From: Heterodontus francisci
Taxonomy: Eukaryota
Length of the DNA: 64,000 bases
Direction: 5' to 3'
Assembly (NCBI RefSeq): GCF_036365525.1
Contig: NC_090371.1
Span: forward strand, 267,874,837-267,938,836
The notes under the pieces were generated by a model. It had not been told where the DNA came from. It made no database searches and saw nothing but the letters and a program-made list of their open reading frames with translations. Numbering within the stretch: position 1 is the first letter of the stretch; each line of letters begins with the position of its first letter. The translations under genes were made by a program, and so were the position numbers. This document shows, in pieces, positions 13,465-25,949 of this stretch.

Positions 13465-16050
13465 GGTGTGTGAATAGAGGATTGGTTAACAGACAGGAAG
13501 CAGAGAGTGGGCGGGCATAAATGGGGCATTTTCATGTTGGCAGACAGTGAACAATGGGGTGCCGCAAGGATCAGTGCTGGGGCCTCAGCTATTTACACAC
13601 TATATTAATGAATTGGATGAAGAGACAGAGAGTAATGTATGTAAGTTTGCTGATGATACAAAGCTCGGTGGAAAGATAAGCTGTGGGGAGGACATAGGGA
13701 GGCTGCAAAGAGATATAGACAGGTTAAGTGAGTGGGCAACAGGATGGTAAATGGAGTATCATGTAGGGAAGTGTGAAGTTGTTCACTTTGGTCGTAAAAA
13801 TAGAAAAGCAGATTTTTTTTTTTAAAAAGGTGTGAAACTGGTAAGTGTTGATGCTCAGAGAGACTTGGGGGTACTTGTACACGGAACGCACAAAGTTAGC
13901 ATGCAGGTGCAGCAGGCTATTAGGAAGGGAAATGGCATGTTGGCCTAAATTGTAAGGGGATTGGAGTACAGAAATAAAGAAGTCTTACTAAAATTGTACA
14001 GGGCTTTGGTGAGACCACACCTGGAATACTGTGTGCAGTTTTGATCTCCACATTTAAGAAAGGATATACTGGCACCTGAGGCAGTGCAGTGAAGATTTAC
14101 TAAATTGGTCCCTGGGATGAGAGGGTTCTCCTATGATGAGAGGCTGAGTAAATTGGGCCTATATTCTCTGGAGTTTAGAAGAATGAGAAGCAATCTAATT
14201 GAGACATACAAGGTTTTGAAAGGGCTTGTATGGGTAGAAGTTGAGAGATAGAAATATAAAAATAGATAGTAAGAGTCTCTTTAGATATTTTAAGAAGAAA
14301 AGCATTAACAAAGTGAGCGTTGCTCCTGTAGAAAGTAAGTCTGTGGAATTAATAATGGATAATAAGGAGATGGCAGATGAACTGAAAAATATTTTGCATT
14401 GTTCTTCACTATTGAGGATACAAGTAACATCACAGTATTAGTTGTAAGTCAGGAAATGGAAGGGAGGGAGGAAGAAAATTACAATCACCAGGGAAGTGGT
14501 ACTGAACAAATTGTTGGAGCTGCAGGTTGACAAGTCCCCGGGGCCTGATGGACTCATCCTAGGGTGTTGAAAGTGGCTAGTGAGATAGTTGATGCATTGG
14601 TTTTAATTTAAATTCAGGGAAGGTTCTGTTAGATTGGAAAATAGCGAATGTATTCAAAAAGGGAGACAGAAAGCAGGAAACTATAGGCCAGTTAGCTTAA
14701 CATCTGTCTTAGGGAAAATGTTAGAAGCTATTACTAAAGACATTATAGCAGGGCATTTAGAAAAGTTCAAGGTAATCAGGCAGAGTCAACATGGTTTTGT
14801 GAAAGGGAAATCCTGTTTAACCAATTTATTGGAGTTCTTTGAGGGAGGTACATGTGCTGTGGATAAAGGGGAAATCGGTGGATGTATTGCATTTAGATTT
14901 CCAGAAGGCATTTGATAAGGTGCCACATCAAAGGTTATTGCAGAAAATAAAAGCTTATGGTGTTGGGTGTAACATATTAGCATGGATGGAAGACTGGCTA
15001 GCTAACAGGAAACAGAGAGTAGGCATAAATGGGTCATTTTCTGGTTGGCAAGATGTAACGAGTGGTGTGCCAAAGGGATCTGTGCTGAGGCCTCAACTTT
15101 TTACAATTTATATAAATGACTTCGATGAAGGGAACAAAGGTATGGTTGCTAAATTTGCTGATGACACAAAGATAGGTAGGAAAGTAACTTGTGAAGAGGA
15201 CACATGGGGGCAACAAAGAGATATAGATAGGTTAAGTGAGCAGGCAAAGTCCTGGCAAATGGAGTATAATGTGGGAAAGTGGGAAATTGTCCACTTTGGC
15301 AGGAAGAATAAAAAATCATATTATCTTAAAGGTGAGAGATTGCAGAGCTCTGAGATGCAGAGGGAATCTGGGTGTCCTAGTGCATGAATTGCAAAAGGTT
15401 AGTATACAGGTGCAGCATATAATTAGGAAAGCTAATAGAATGTTATAGTTTATCGCGAGGGGAATTGAATATAAAAGTAGGGAGGTTATACTTCAGCCAA
15501 ACAGGGCATTGGTGAGACCACATCTGTGGTCTCCTTATTTAAGGAAGGATGTAAATGTGTTGGAGGCAGTACTGAGAAGGTTCACTAGACTAATACCTGG
15601 AATGGGCGGGCTGTTGTAAGAGGTAAGATTGACAGGTTAACCTTGTATTCGCTGGAATTTAGAAGAGTAAGAGGTAACTTGATTGAAACATACAAGATCC
15701 TGAAAGGACTTGACAGGGTGGATGTGGAAAGGATGTTCCCCCTTGTGGGAGAATCTAGAACTAGGGGTCACCGTTTAAAAATAAGGGGTCACCCATTTAA
15801 GACAGATGAAGAAAAAAATTTTTTTTTTTTTTTAGGGTGTTGAGTCTTTGGAATTATCTTCCTCAAAAGGTGGTAGAAGCAGAGTCTTTGAATATTTTTA
15901 AGGCAGAGGTAGATAGATTCTCAATAAGCAAGGGGGTGGAAGGTTATCATGCTTAGGTGGAAATATGGAGTAATTAGTTCAGCCATGAACCTACTGAATG
16001 GCGGAATGGGCTCGAGAGGCCGAGTGGCCTACTCCTGCTCCTAATTCGTA
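13465..16050 (+). mobile_element. Two adjacent CR1 LINE ORF2 fragments (~13465-14240 and ~14241-16050) nested in L2
   Basis: RT motifs GVPQGSVLGP, KFADDTK, NYRPVSLTS, QHGFVKGKSCLTNLLEFFE and LDFQKAFDKVPH, with a CR1 3' UTR and tail at ~15950-16050. Confidence 0.9.
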
Positions 16051-17099
16051 TGCTCGTATGAGCAGGAAGAGAAGCCATTACAGGTGGCTCTCTAGCTACA
16101 ATTAGATAAGAATGGTAGGTGAGTGTAGTTCTACCCAGCTGGATGATGGTGGAGAGGCACTGGAGGAGGATGGTGTGGTTAACTATGACAAAGGCTGCAG
16201 ACAAGTCGAGAAGGATGAGAAGGGATAACTTGCTTTTGTCAGTCACATAGGATGCCATTTGTGACTTCCCATGAGCAAATAAAAAAACTCTTCATTTCTT
16301 TCTTTGTTTCCCACCTGTTTTGCCTGAGAGTGCAGGCTGCCAATTTAAAGACCTGCCTGAAAATCAAATCAGGACGTTAATGGGGATGCAAAGTCTTGAC
16401 CAAATTTCCCTTTGTTGGCTACCCATTTTTCAAGTGAGAAACAGGTGGTTGACAATTGAACCCCCCCCCCCCACCCCGGCTTCACCAACAAACCCCACCC
16501 CCTGCATGTATCTAATTACTTTATATGCACCACTGTCTAAAAAGGCATCTCTCTGCAGTGCTCTATTGTTACATCTTTGTTAATTTCAGTGCTTTGTCTG
16601 TTTAAAGTATAAATGAGTTTGCCCATATTAGACTAAAAAATAAGCCTGCAAATTGACTTTGTACTCCAATAGAGACAAAATTATTTCTTCATTAATCGTG
16701 ATTAGTGGTTATGCCAAAAGCATTGTTCAACTAAATTTGTTTCCCTTATGAATTCATAGGTGCAGAGTCATTTGAAAGAAATTTCTTGCATCGTTATTCA
16801 TATTAAAGACCACTTGGATTCTTGTATTAAAAGGATTCATGAATTTAATGAGCAGTATGATAAGGAAATTAAATCCCATGCTGGCAGTGTTTGTTACTAC
16901 TCTCTAGCCCAAGACATGCAATAAACATTAAATACCCCAAATAGTCACCCTACTGCAACACTTTGAATGAAAAAAATGTCACTGCTGGTAATTTTTGATA
17001 ATAAAGATTGTACTACAGCCATTGATCTATACTAACTTTTTCTTCTGGATTAGGACACAAACTTAAGATCTACTTGATCACAACTAAGTATAGCTAATG

Positions 17100-17240
17100 G
17101 TTCTGACGAAAGGTCACTGACCTGAAACGTTAACTCTGCTTCTCTCTCCACAGATGCTGCCGGACCTGCCGAGTATTACCAGCAATTTTTTTTTGTTTTA
17201 TTTCAGATTTCCAGCATATGCAGTATTTTGCTTTTATTAA
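17100..17240 (+). mobile_element. Penelope-type terminal fragment carrying a minimal hammerhead ribozyme motif
   Basis: gttCTGACGAaaggtcactgacctGAAAcgttaact core, flanked by an 11-bp near-duplication tatagctaatg / tatagctgatg. Confidence 0.7.
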
Positions 17241-18434
17241 TATAGCTGATGCTTCACCTGCCTATTAAAGACTAGATCAGTACACTATAATAGAGTATTA
17301 ACACACTCAGCACAAAGTATTATGTTTTATTAAGTATCACGATCAGATAAACAGTACTTTTGAATTAAATGCCATTGTTATTTGTAAATGTTTGGTCAGC
17401 ACGCAACTCGGTTTGATAAAGTTAAAATACTAAAACAACAAAGTAAATGATTAAGGAATTACTTGGTAAAAATAAAGAGTAATAAATTGCATTTAAATTA
17501 ACATCCACAAACAACTGCGCACATAATGATATTAAATCATTTGTCACATTAGCAAAAGCTGCCCGAGGTACTCAAAAGAGCAACAATTGTTTAAACAGAC
17601 CGGTAAGGCGTCCGTGTCAAATGGCTTCAGTAAATAGTTCCATATGGCACTGACATTTTACACGTTTTGTCTTAAATACATAGGAGTTTTGAGCACTTAC
17701 TTGGGAGCGCAATTTACTGTATTGCATACATCTATTGGATAGTTCCATGAACAGAGTAGATCAAATTTATACTGAAATCCTATGTTTTAGCATCCTAATT
17801 AGACTATTGTGATTATTGTCCACACTCGCGATAATAGCTCTGGTTTTCCAGAGGTGCAGCAGAACTAAAGTGCCCCTATGAATTATTTGTATATCAAACA
17901 TCCCTGTTTTAAAAAATCTTCTGAACTAGTTTAGCTGCTTTAACTCAAGTTAACGTCAGCTTTGAAGAAGAAAGGGAACTCGGTACCTGGCCACTTGTGG
18001 ATTTAAGGATTCGTTGAATAACATTCCATTGAAGCAGCTTCTGAACATTACATTAATGGCCAACATATTTTTTTTAAAGTTGCGTTAAAATATATTTCAG
18101 AATCAGAATTTATTCTCCAAAAAGTTAGTATGTTAAGATTTTATTCAAAAGTTTAATATTTAGGATCTTCAGGCAGTGAGTGGTACTGAGGACAGTTTAA
18201 AGTTATTTTTTTATGACAACGCTGTCAATAGTATAAAAAGTAAACTACTAGACACAAATAAATTGTTCTATTTCCAGTGCAGCCTTCCAAGAAGTTGGTA
18301 CCTCAAAACAGTGCAATGAAAAAGATAGAAGTTGTCCAAACATCAGGGGAAGGGACATAGTTTCCACTGCAATATAAGCTGTAATGTTAAAGAATTGACA
18401 AACACTTTAACAAGTAAATGTGATGAGATCTTAC

Positions 18435-18486
18435 CATCTTCATTTTCGTCAAACACCGGTGTTTTATGGGAGTGGTTGGCGCCCAT
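18435..18486 (-). CDS. STK32C: STK32 (YANK) family Ser/Thr kinase, first coding exon; probably STK32C by synteny with LRRC27, though the sequence resembles STK32A/B
   Basis: Translates as MGANHSHKTPVFDENED plus G|gtaag (52 nt, phase 1). This matches the recalled N-termini of STK32A (MGANTSRKPPVFDENED) and STK32B (MGGNHSHKPPVFDENEE). No downstream exon was found in 1-18434, implying a long intron 1. Family call is strong; paralogue call is moderate. Confidence 0.85.
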
Positions 18487-20000
18487 ATTCCTGCTCTTCC
18501 GCATAGCCTGTGAACTTGGACAAGATGTGAACCACAAGCATCCCACGAAAGCAAGACCAGTCAGCAGATTATCTTCAAAGCTGTTCCGAGAGGAGGGTGC
18601 AATCGCTTCGTTGCCGGGCTGCTGCTGTTAAACACAAGGGCCCGCGCATTGCTTCTGTCCATCGCTTTCGCGTAAATGTGTTTAAATGACAACTACTTGT
18701 AAACGGTAGGTTTACATCATCTCGTCGCCAGCCAGACATGGAAAGCGATCTATCTACACCTGACCATTTCTAGGTTGCAGATAGGCTTTTTTTGTTTGTT
18801 TTTATATATGAGATGCTTTTAATTTTATTTTGACATCAATATGACTAGGCTAGAAGTGCCTATTGTGATAAATCCGCCTTACCAATAACAGGGCAGTTGT
18901 ACTCCTTCAACAGCCAGACCTTCTGCAGATGCTAATACGAACTGTACTGAGCCCGGGGGCGAAAGAGACACACTAACAAATCTCAAACCCCACTCTCTCA
19001 GTTGCTGCACATTGCAAACCCCGAGACGGTCAGCTTCAGGTGAATTTTGTGTATTATAAAGGCCTAACAAAACATAAAAGCTTTGAGATTTCTCATTTGC
19101 TTATGAACACGGTTTGTAGGAACGGTGACATTCAGCACACGATACCGTCGGATGTACATGATCTACTGTGTTTCTTGGCAATATTCTTCGCCACCTGACG
19201 TGGAGAGCACTTGCACTATTTTATTTTGAACTATTAAAGATCGCATGCTCAATTGGGAGAGGGCGCGTAAAAGGTTAAGATTGCTTTCAACAGAGCACAT
19301 TTGTTAATTGCACTGGTGGTTGCGTGGTTACGGGAAGTAACTATTACATCCAGCATCCTCGGAAACTGCTTCAATGGCAATCACACGTTAACTGGGAACC
19401 AATGTTGGGTATATATTGTAATAATTAACATATTAGATAGGCGCACACCTAGATCTATCAAGGCATCCCAGCAGCAGTGAAATAACACACAGCCCTTTTA
19501 CAAATAAACTCGACATTGTTTGGTCTCCTGTGCTCCTCTAAATCTACATCCAAAGTCATGTAATATTTGATGGTCAGACGGTAGGGTTGCCATGGAGTTC
19601 AGTTGATTAAATCACGAGGATTGTTCTAATCTCACGATTGTTGGTCCACAGTAAGCATTATTTTTCTTGTCCGTTCCATCAACAATATATGGAGATGGGC
19701 GTTGGGAAATAAATGATCGAGTGACGGGGAGGCTTAAGCGCTCAACGTATGCAAATGAATTAAGTCCCGCTGCTTCATTACTCTCCATAACTCAATATCA
19801 TTGCCCCAATTTGCATTTTAATTATACAACACATAAGGTCTTTGTTAAATAAAAGGCTGTTCTTTGTCTGCTTGTGCTTTATAATTTCATGGTGTTCGAG
19901 GTCGGACAGTTAGTGGGTATTGTTGGAGAATTGGGGGCCGGGGTGTGGCTCCAGGTCGCTTGATTTGCGAAATGCAGGGTAGCGGACAGGGCAGTTTAGG
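18487..20000 (-). promoter_or_regulatory. Putative STK32 5'UTR/promoter region
   Basis: Relatively CpG-enriched, TE-free DNA directly upstream of the start codon. Contains X-box-like GTTGCCATGGAG at 19586 and octamer ATGCAAAT at 19749. TSS not determinable. Confidence 0.45.
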
Positions 20001-20614
20001 AATCCCTGGATACCAGGAATATTCGGGGTCCCTTCACAACTAGCCCCCCTCTTCCCCCAATCTATTCATGAAAACAGTTTCTTCTAACTGTGTTTTTAAA
20101 TACTAGAATGTTTTATAATAAGAAGCAAGGGGCTGGAAGGTTATCGGGGCTAGGCAGAAATGTGGAGTCGAGGTTACAATCAGATGAGCCATGATCTTTA
20201 TTGAATGGCGGAGCAGGCTTGAGGGGCCGAGTGGCCTACTCCTGCTCCTAATTCTATGTTCTCCTTTTGCAAATGTACTGTCTTTGTGACAAAAACTACT
20301 TGGCAGAACTCTTTACATTTGATTGATAGCTGCCACATGAGCATTGATGCAACTTGTTTCCAAGTGAGTCATGATGTCAAGAGTGTGATATAGTAAAGAC
20401 AAGTAATGCATGGTTGTAAACCAATCCTTCAGAAACCCTCATGATATCTTACAATTTTGCTCAGGAGATCAAAACTAAAGCATTTAGGTACTCTGTGCTG
20501 AAGAACCCTCTCTGCGTTTCTCTTGTGAATCTGTCTTGACCATACTGTGCACAGCTTTGAGCCCCAGTGCTCTCTCAATTCTTTGTATTTTGACTGGGAA
20601 CCTGGATTAAGTTC

Positions 20615-20905
20615 GACCAGGGTTCAATTCTGGGTACTGCCTGTGTGGAGTTTGCAAGTTCTCCCTGTGACCGTGTGGGTTTTCGCTGGGTGCTCCAGTT
20701 TCCTCCCACAGCCAAAGACTTGCAGGTTGATAGGTAAATTGGCCATTATAAATTGCCCCCAGTATAGGTAGGTGGTAGGGGAATTGAGGGAAGGTGGGGA
20801 TGTGAGAAGGTAATGGGATAATGTAGGATTAGTATAAATGGGTGGTTGACGGTTGGCACAGACTCGGTGGGCAAAAGGGCCTGTTTCAGTGCTGTATCTT
20901 AAAAT
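20615..20905 (+). mobile_element. HE1-type V-SINE, 5'-truncated, followed by a CR1 3' fragment (~20920-21200)
   Basis: Near-identical to the body of 37034-37385 (gggttcaattctgggtactgcctgtgtggagtttgcaagttctccc). Confidence 0.85.
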
Positions 20906-22378
20906 AAATTTTTTTAAAAAGAGAAACTTTTTGTGCTGGTGGGGGAGTCTAAGACAAGGGGACATAACCTTAAAAATCAGACCCAGGTCATTCAGGAGAG
21001 AAGTTAGGAAAGACATCTTCACACTAAGGGTGGTAAAATTGTGGCACTTTCTCCCACAAAAAGTAGATGCTAGCACAAGGGCATGGAGCTGGAGTGGGGT
21101 TGAGGGGGTGGTATGTGTGGGTAGATGGTTTCAGAATAGAGATTAGCCATGATCTCATTGAATGGTGGGACTGGCTCATCGGGCTGAATGGCCTACACCA
21201 GCTAAGAAGGCAAAGTACAAGGCTGGGGGAGGGGAAATCAACCAAATGAAAAGATACTCCTATATTGGCCACACACCAGGGCTTGGGTGATGGATGGACA
21301 TTCATTAATATAAGGCATTCTATTGGGAGCTAGTTAGCATAAACAAGATACTGATTGGAGGTAGTTGCACAGTGTAAGATCACACTCCAACCTTTGCTCT
21401 GTAGCAATGCCAGCGTTGAAATTCAAACCCAGAGTTTAACCCCAGTGTGGGTTTGATGCATGCCCACTGGATCTCAAATTCCATTTGGGAACTTACCTTT
21501 AAAACCTTCCTGGAGTTAATTTGAAGGCTTAGAAACTTTGCAAGCTCCAGCCTTCCCATCAGTAAACATTTAAGTGTGCAGCTGCAGAGGAAGTTCTGCA
21601 CATGTGCAGAAACCCTGCCAACCCATTGCTTCCTCCTCTTGGACACGAGCACTGGCCTCTCAGTCAGGGTCAGAAGCTATACTGCAGCCTGCTGCTACTG
21701 TAGTGAATAAAAACACCGTGAGCCATTGTACTGACTGCACTTTGGGGGTGGGGACAAAAAGGTTAATCTGGATTGGAGATTGTCCACTCCCCTAAATCCA
21801 AAACTTCAAATGCACAATTTATTTTACCTGCAGTGTTGTGTGTGTTTCACTCACTCAAATTATTTTTTACTTTTGAACTGGCTTTTTGAATATGTAAACT
21901 TTTATGCTGGTTCCATTTTTTTATTCGGAGAAACTTTATTTCAGTAAAAATACGCTTTGTTCGTATTTTTAAATACTTTTATCAAAACCAAAATGAACAT
22001 TTGACGATCGTAATTTTAAAAAGTGTGTGAAAGATGAGAGGTATATACTGCGTGCATATATAGCTTATTCTTGTCTCTCCTGTCCTCGAGAAGTTCTCAC
22101 ATTGTCTCTCCCCACCTCTGGACTTTGCTTTCTTATGTCCCCCCCGGTCTCAGTAAATTATAACACGTTGTCTGAACTAACTGAGCACTGAAACTGCAAC
22201 ACTATTCAATGGAATTGGTCATTTGGACAGACACCTTTTGTGGAGCCGGTGTTGCCCTGTGCAGAGTCAGTGCGGGCTGCTATTGCTGTGGTCTCATCTC
22301 TCCGCATCAGGTCAAAAGCCGGTCTCTCTCGCCCTCGCGCGGATTCACTCAGCAATGCAACACAGCAGCAGCCACTAC

Positions 22379-22514
22379 AATAAAAGCAAAATACTGCAGA
22401 TGCTGGAAATCTGAAATAAAAACAGAAAGTGCTGGAAACGCTCAGCAGGTCAGGCAGCATCTGTGGAGAGAGAAACAGAGTTAACGTTTCAGCTCTGTGA
22501 CCTTTCATCAGAAC
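22379..22514 (-). mobile_element. Penelope-type terminal fragment with a hammerhead-like motif
   Basis: Reverse-complement homologue of 17100-17240: gttCTGATGAaaggtcacagagctGAAAcgttaact, with one stem II mismatch. Confidence 0.7.
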
Positions 22515-22759
22515 ATCTTTCAGCAGCTACTGCCAGTAATGCACGCTCTTTATTCAGTCAAACACAAGAATGGTTGCATTTTATGAATAACATTTTTTTT
22601 TCCCAGAAATCTGCTGGAAAATTATTACAACTAGAAGAGTTACTAAAAAATGTTCTATCGACCTGAAACATTAACTCTAAGTTTGCTCGATCATGTGTCT
22701 CTAAGCTCTATGGGCTCAACCTTAGCGATGTATAAAACATGTCTTTGTGTCATTTAAAA

Positions 22760-23215
22760 AAACTTGCATTTATATAGCGCCTTTCCCGATCTGAGGCCAT
22801 CCCAAAGTGCTTTACAGCCAATGAAGTACTTTATTCTATTTGACTGTAGTCACTGTTGTAATGTAGGAAACACAGCAGCCAATTTGCACACAGCAAACAG
22901 CAATGTGATAATGATTAGATGATTTGTTTTTTGTGATGTTGATTTAAGAGATAAATATTGACCAGGACACTGTGCATAACTCCCCTGCTCTTCTTCAAAA
23001 TGGTGTCATGCAATCTTTTATGCCCACCTTAAAAGGGCAGACAGGGTCTTGGTATAACATCTAATCTGAAAGATGACACCTCAAACAGTGCAGCACTCCC
23101 TCACTACTGCACTAGAGTATCAGCCTACATTTTTGTGCTCACTTCATGGATAGGGACATGAACGCATAACTTTCTGGCTCAAATGCAAAAGTGATCCACT
23201 GAGCCGTGGCTGACA
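22760..23215 (-). mobile_element. Deu-domain SINE, near full length
   Basis: Tail aacttgcatttatatagcgcc, Deu core, and a tRNA-derived head ending ccactgagcc on the plus strand. Confidence 0.75.
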
Positions 23216-24012
23216 ACTAACGCAATAGCCGACTACATTAACACAAAGTAAAAAGCCAAGTTATTGAACTTAAGCCGCCAATTCAACTGGTCCAACATTT
23301 TCGTTCCATGCATCTAGGTGTGGATCATCTGACCAGCTTCTAGATGGATAGTATATGCAGAAAGAAGGTAGGAAAAAAAGCACTTTTTCAAGACTGTTTG
23401 ATGTCTGTGATGTTGCTTATAGGCAAAAATATTAAAGTATCATAAAGTTATCTGTTAATTATTTGCATTTTCTTTATCAGACTTTTTAAAAAAATCTTTC
23501 ATCTGCAGTATTATACTTGCTATCAGTTTACTTCGTATTTAATGGATGGAGATGGTAGACCAGTTATTATAATTCATCTGTTCATACATTTTAATGTCAT
23601 AGTTTTGTCCTTTATACTGCTCCCAGAATCAAGGAATTAATATGCAAATGAAGAGAACCAAAGTGATATGTTCTGGAAAAAAGTGGTGCTATTATTGCCA
23701 CAGTATCTTCGGGTAAATTTAAGACATTGAGCACAAGTATGATCTGAAGAAAATAGAATACTATTGATTTATTTTATACATGGAATTTTCTGCTCTGCAC
23801 AGAAGTCAGAAAGACCAATAGGCCACTTATAGATTTTCAGTGGCTGTGTTCATCAAGGATGAGCTCATTTAAATTAAATATGCTGTTCTTTCTGTTATGA
23901 ATCCAAGTGCAAGCTGTGCGATGGTGGAGCTTAGAAAAACTATCTGAAAAGGAGTGGACAACAATGCGGAATAGAATGCATGCTATCTCCAGAAGCTGAG
24001 TAGGCTGAACAG

Positions 24013-24160
24013 TGTTACGACTGGGTGACGAAAGGGTCTCAGGCTCCCCTCTGGCCCCTTTCCTGGTTTGGCCATAACAGGGCTTAACTTTTAAAGCACA
24101 GTGTTTTTAGCTTCACCTCAGTGAGTCCTTGCTCACTGCTCTCGAATTGTAATTGTAACA
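24013..24160 (-). mobile_element. Truncated LTR fragment related to 5673-6682
   Basis: Begins tgttacgac and is collinear with the first ~140 bp of the 5673 copy (…gtgtttttagct…gtgagtccttgctcactgct). Confidence 0.65.
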
Positions 24161-24417
24161 AAGTGATTCCTGACAACGCAGCTGGCCACTGACGTCATCA
24201 GCCTGCGCCAAGGTGTGCACATGCGCAGATGGTCTCCTGCTCTCTGCAATTGCGCTGCGTTCCGACTTTCCAGGACTGGTTAGCGCATACGCCAATGACG
24301 TCACTGCGTGACGTGTGCATCTTCGGGCAACGCGCCTGGTCGGCCTCTGTGCATGCACTTTACGCGTACAGCAATGCAACGTCAACAGGTATTCACCCAT
24401 GCGTCAAGCTCCACTGC

Positions 24418-25130
24418 CCCCCCCCCCCCCCCCCGCCACTTCCCCCTCGTTGCTCTCTCCGGCCGCTCCGCTCCCCCCACCCCTCGCTACTGTCTCCGGC
24501 CGCTCCGCTCCCCACCCCCCTCGCTGCTCTCTCCGGCCGCTCCGCTCCGCTCCCCCCCTCGCTGCTCTCTCCGGCCGCTCCGCTCCGCTCCCCCCCTCGC
24601 TGCTCTCTCCAGCCGCTCCCCCCCTCGCTGCTCTCTCCAGCCGCTCCCCCCCTCGCTGCTCTCTCCGGCCGCTCCGCTTCCCCCCCACCTCCCCCCCCCG
24701 CCCCCCCTCGCTGCTCTCTCTGGTCATTCCACTCCTCCCCCTCACTGCTGTCTCCGGCCGCTCCGCTCCCCCCCCCCTCGCTGCTTTCTCCGGCCGCTCC
24801 GCTCCCCCGCCCCCCCTTGCTGCTCTCTCCGGCCACTCCACTCTTTCCGGTCGCTCCGCACCCCCCGCACCCCTGGCCCGCTCGCTTGCTTGCCCCCATC
24901 CCGCTCCGCCTCCCCCCACCCCATCCCTGTCCCGCTCCGCTCCCTCCCCACCCCCCTGTCCCCCCCCCCCCATCCCCCACCCCCACCTCCACCTCCCATT
25001 CCGTCCCCACCCCCATCGTCCCCGGCCCGCTCCGCTCCTCCCTGTCCCCAGCCCACTCCACTCTCCCGTCCCCGTCCCTGGCCCGCTCCATCCCATCCCC
25101 GTCCCACTCGCTCACTCTCTCCCTCCCGCC
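24418..25130. repeat. C-rich GC minisatellite (unit ~25-38 bp, ccccctcgctgctctctccggccgctccgct) decaying into low-complexity C tracts
   Basis: More than 10 imperfect tandem units visible at 24440-24860; strong C/G strand asymmetry. Confidence 0.9.
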
Positions 25131-25949
25131 ATTGTGTGCTGCCATGTGTTTAGGTTAGACTGCCTTCGTGTGATTATTTGAGCAGCGCCATCTTTAGTCC
25201 TGGCAGCTGCCTGAAGTTGCAGACTGTGATGTTTTAGTGGCACATGCTGCTTTTGCGCATGTCACTGCAGCACCACCTAGTGGTAGCGTTGTTAGCAAAC
25301 GCAGCCGCAGTTAAAAGTGTGATGCTTGCCTGTCGCACATGAAGTGCACCCAAAGTGCCCAGACTAGCAGTCACATTTAGCGAAATTGTGAATGTGCACC
25401 CTTTTTTGGGGAAGCCTGATGGTGCTTGTCGCATACCCCATTTCATATGCCACAGGACAAACACATTGTGAAATAAATGGCAGACGGACACAGCTTGATT
25501 ACCACTGCCACCTTTTCCACCATGAAGAACAGGAGGGGACAAAGAACAGTCTCACACAGGACTAAAGTTGGTCCTGTAAACAGGAAAAGCACCATGTTCC
25601 CTGCAATTGTGAAGGGATTAAGCAATGCTATAAAAGCTTTTTCCATCAATAATTTCTGACCAAATTAACCTTAGCTGGACTGGTTCTCATTCTTGAACTT
25701 TCAAGTTGGCAAGCTGGATCTGCAGCATACAGTCAGAGAATCCACATTGTCATGTGTCAAGCAATAGTTAGCACAGGATTGTTTAGATTATTCCCAGTCC
25801 TGGCCATGATGAGTGACTGACTTAGCAACCATAAAGCTCTTGCTATAGATAGCTTGTATGAAAACTGGTTACTTGTTAATAATAATATATGATCTCAACA
25901 GTTTTTTTTTGTCTAGTACAATTTTGAGGGTTACATTAAATTAATTTGG

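Noticed and set aside
1-18434. STK32 exon 2 (VNFDHF.ILRAIGKGSFGK)
   Set aside because: Looked for on the minus strand and not found; it presumably lies beyond the left edge of the window.
24418-24860. CRISPR-like repeat array
   Set aside because: Tandem degenerate units with no unique spacers, no cas genes, and a eukaryotic context.
24229-25181. Six long overlapping Pro-rich or Gly/Arg-rich ORFs (230-309 aa, plus one of 121 aa)
   Set aside because: Both strands and nearly all frames are open because the GC minisatellite lacks stop codons; there is no gene structure.
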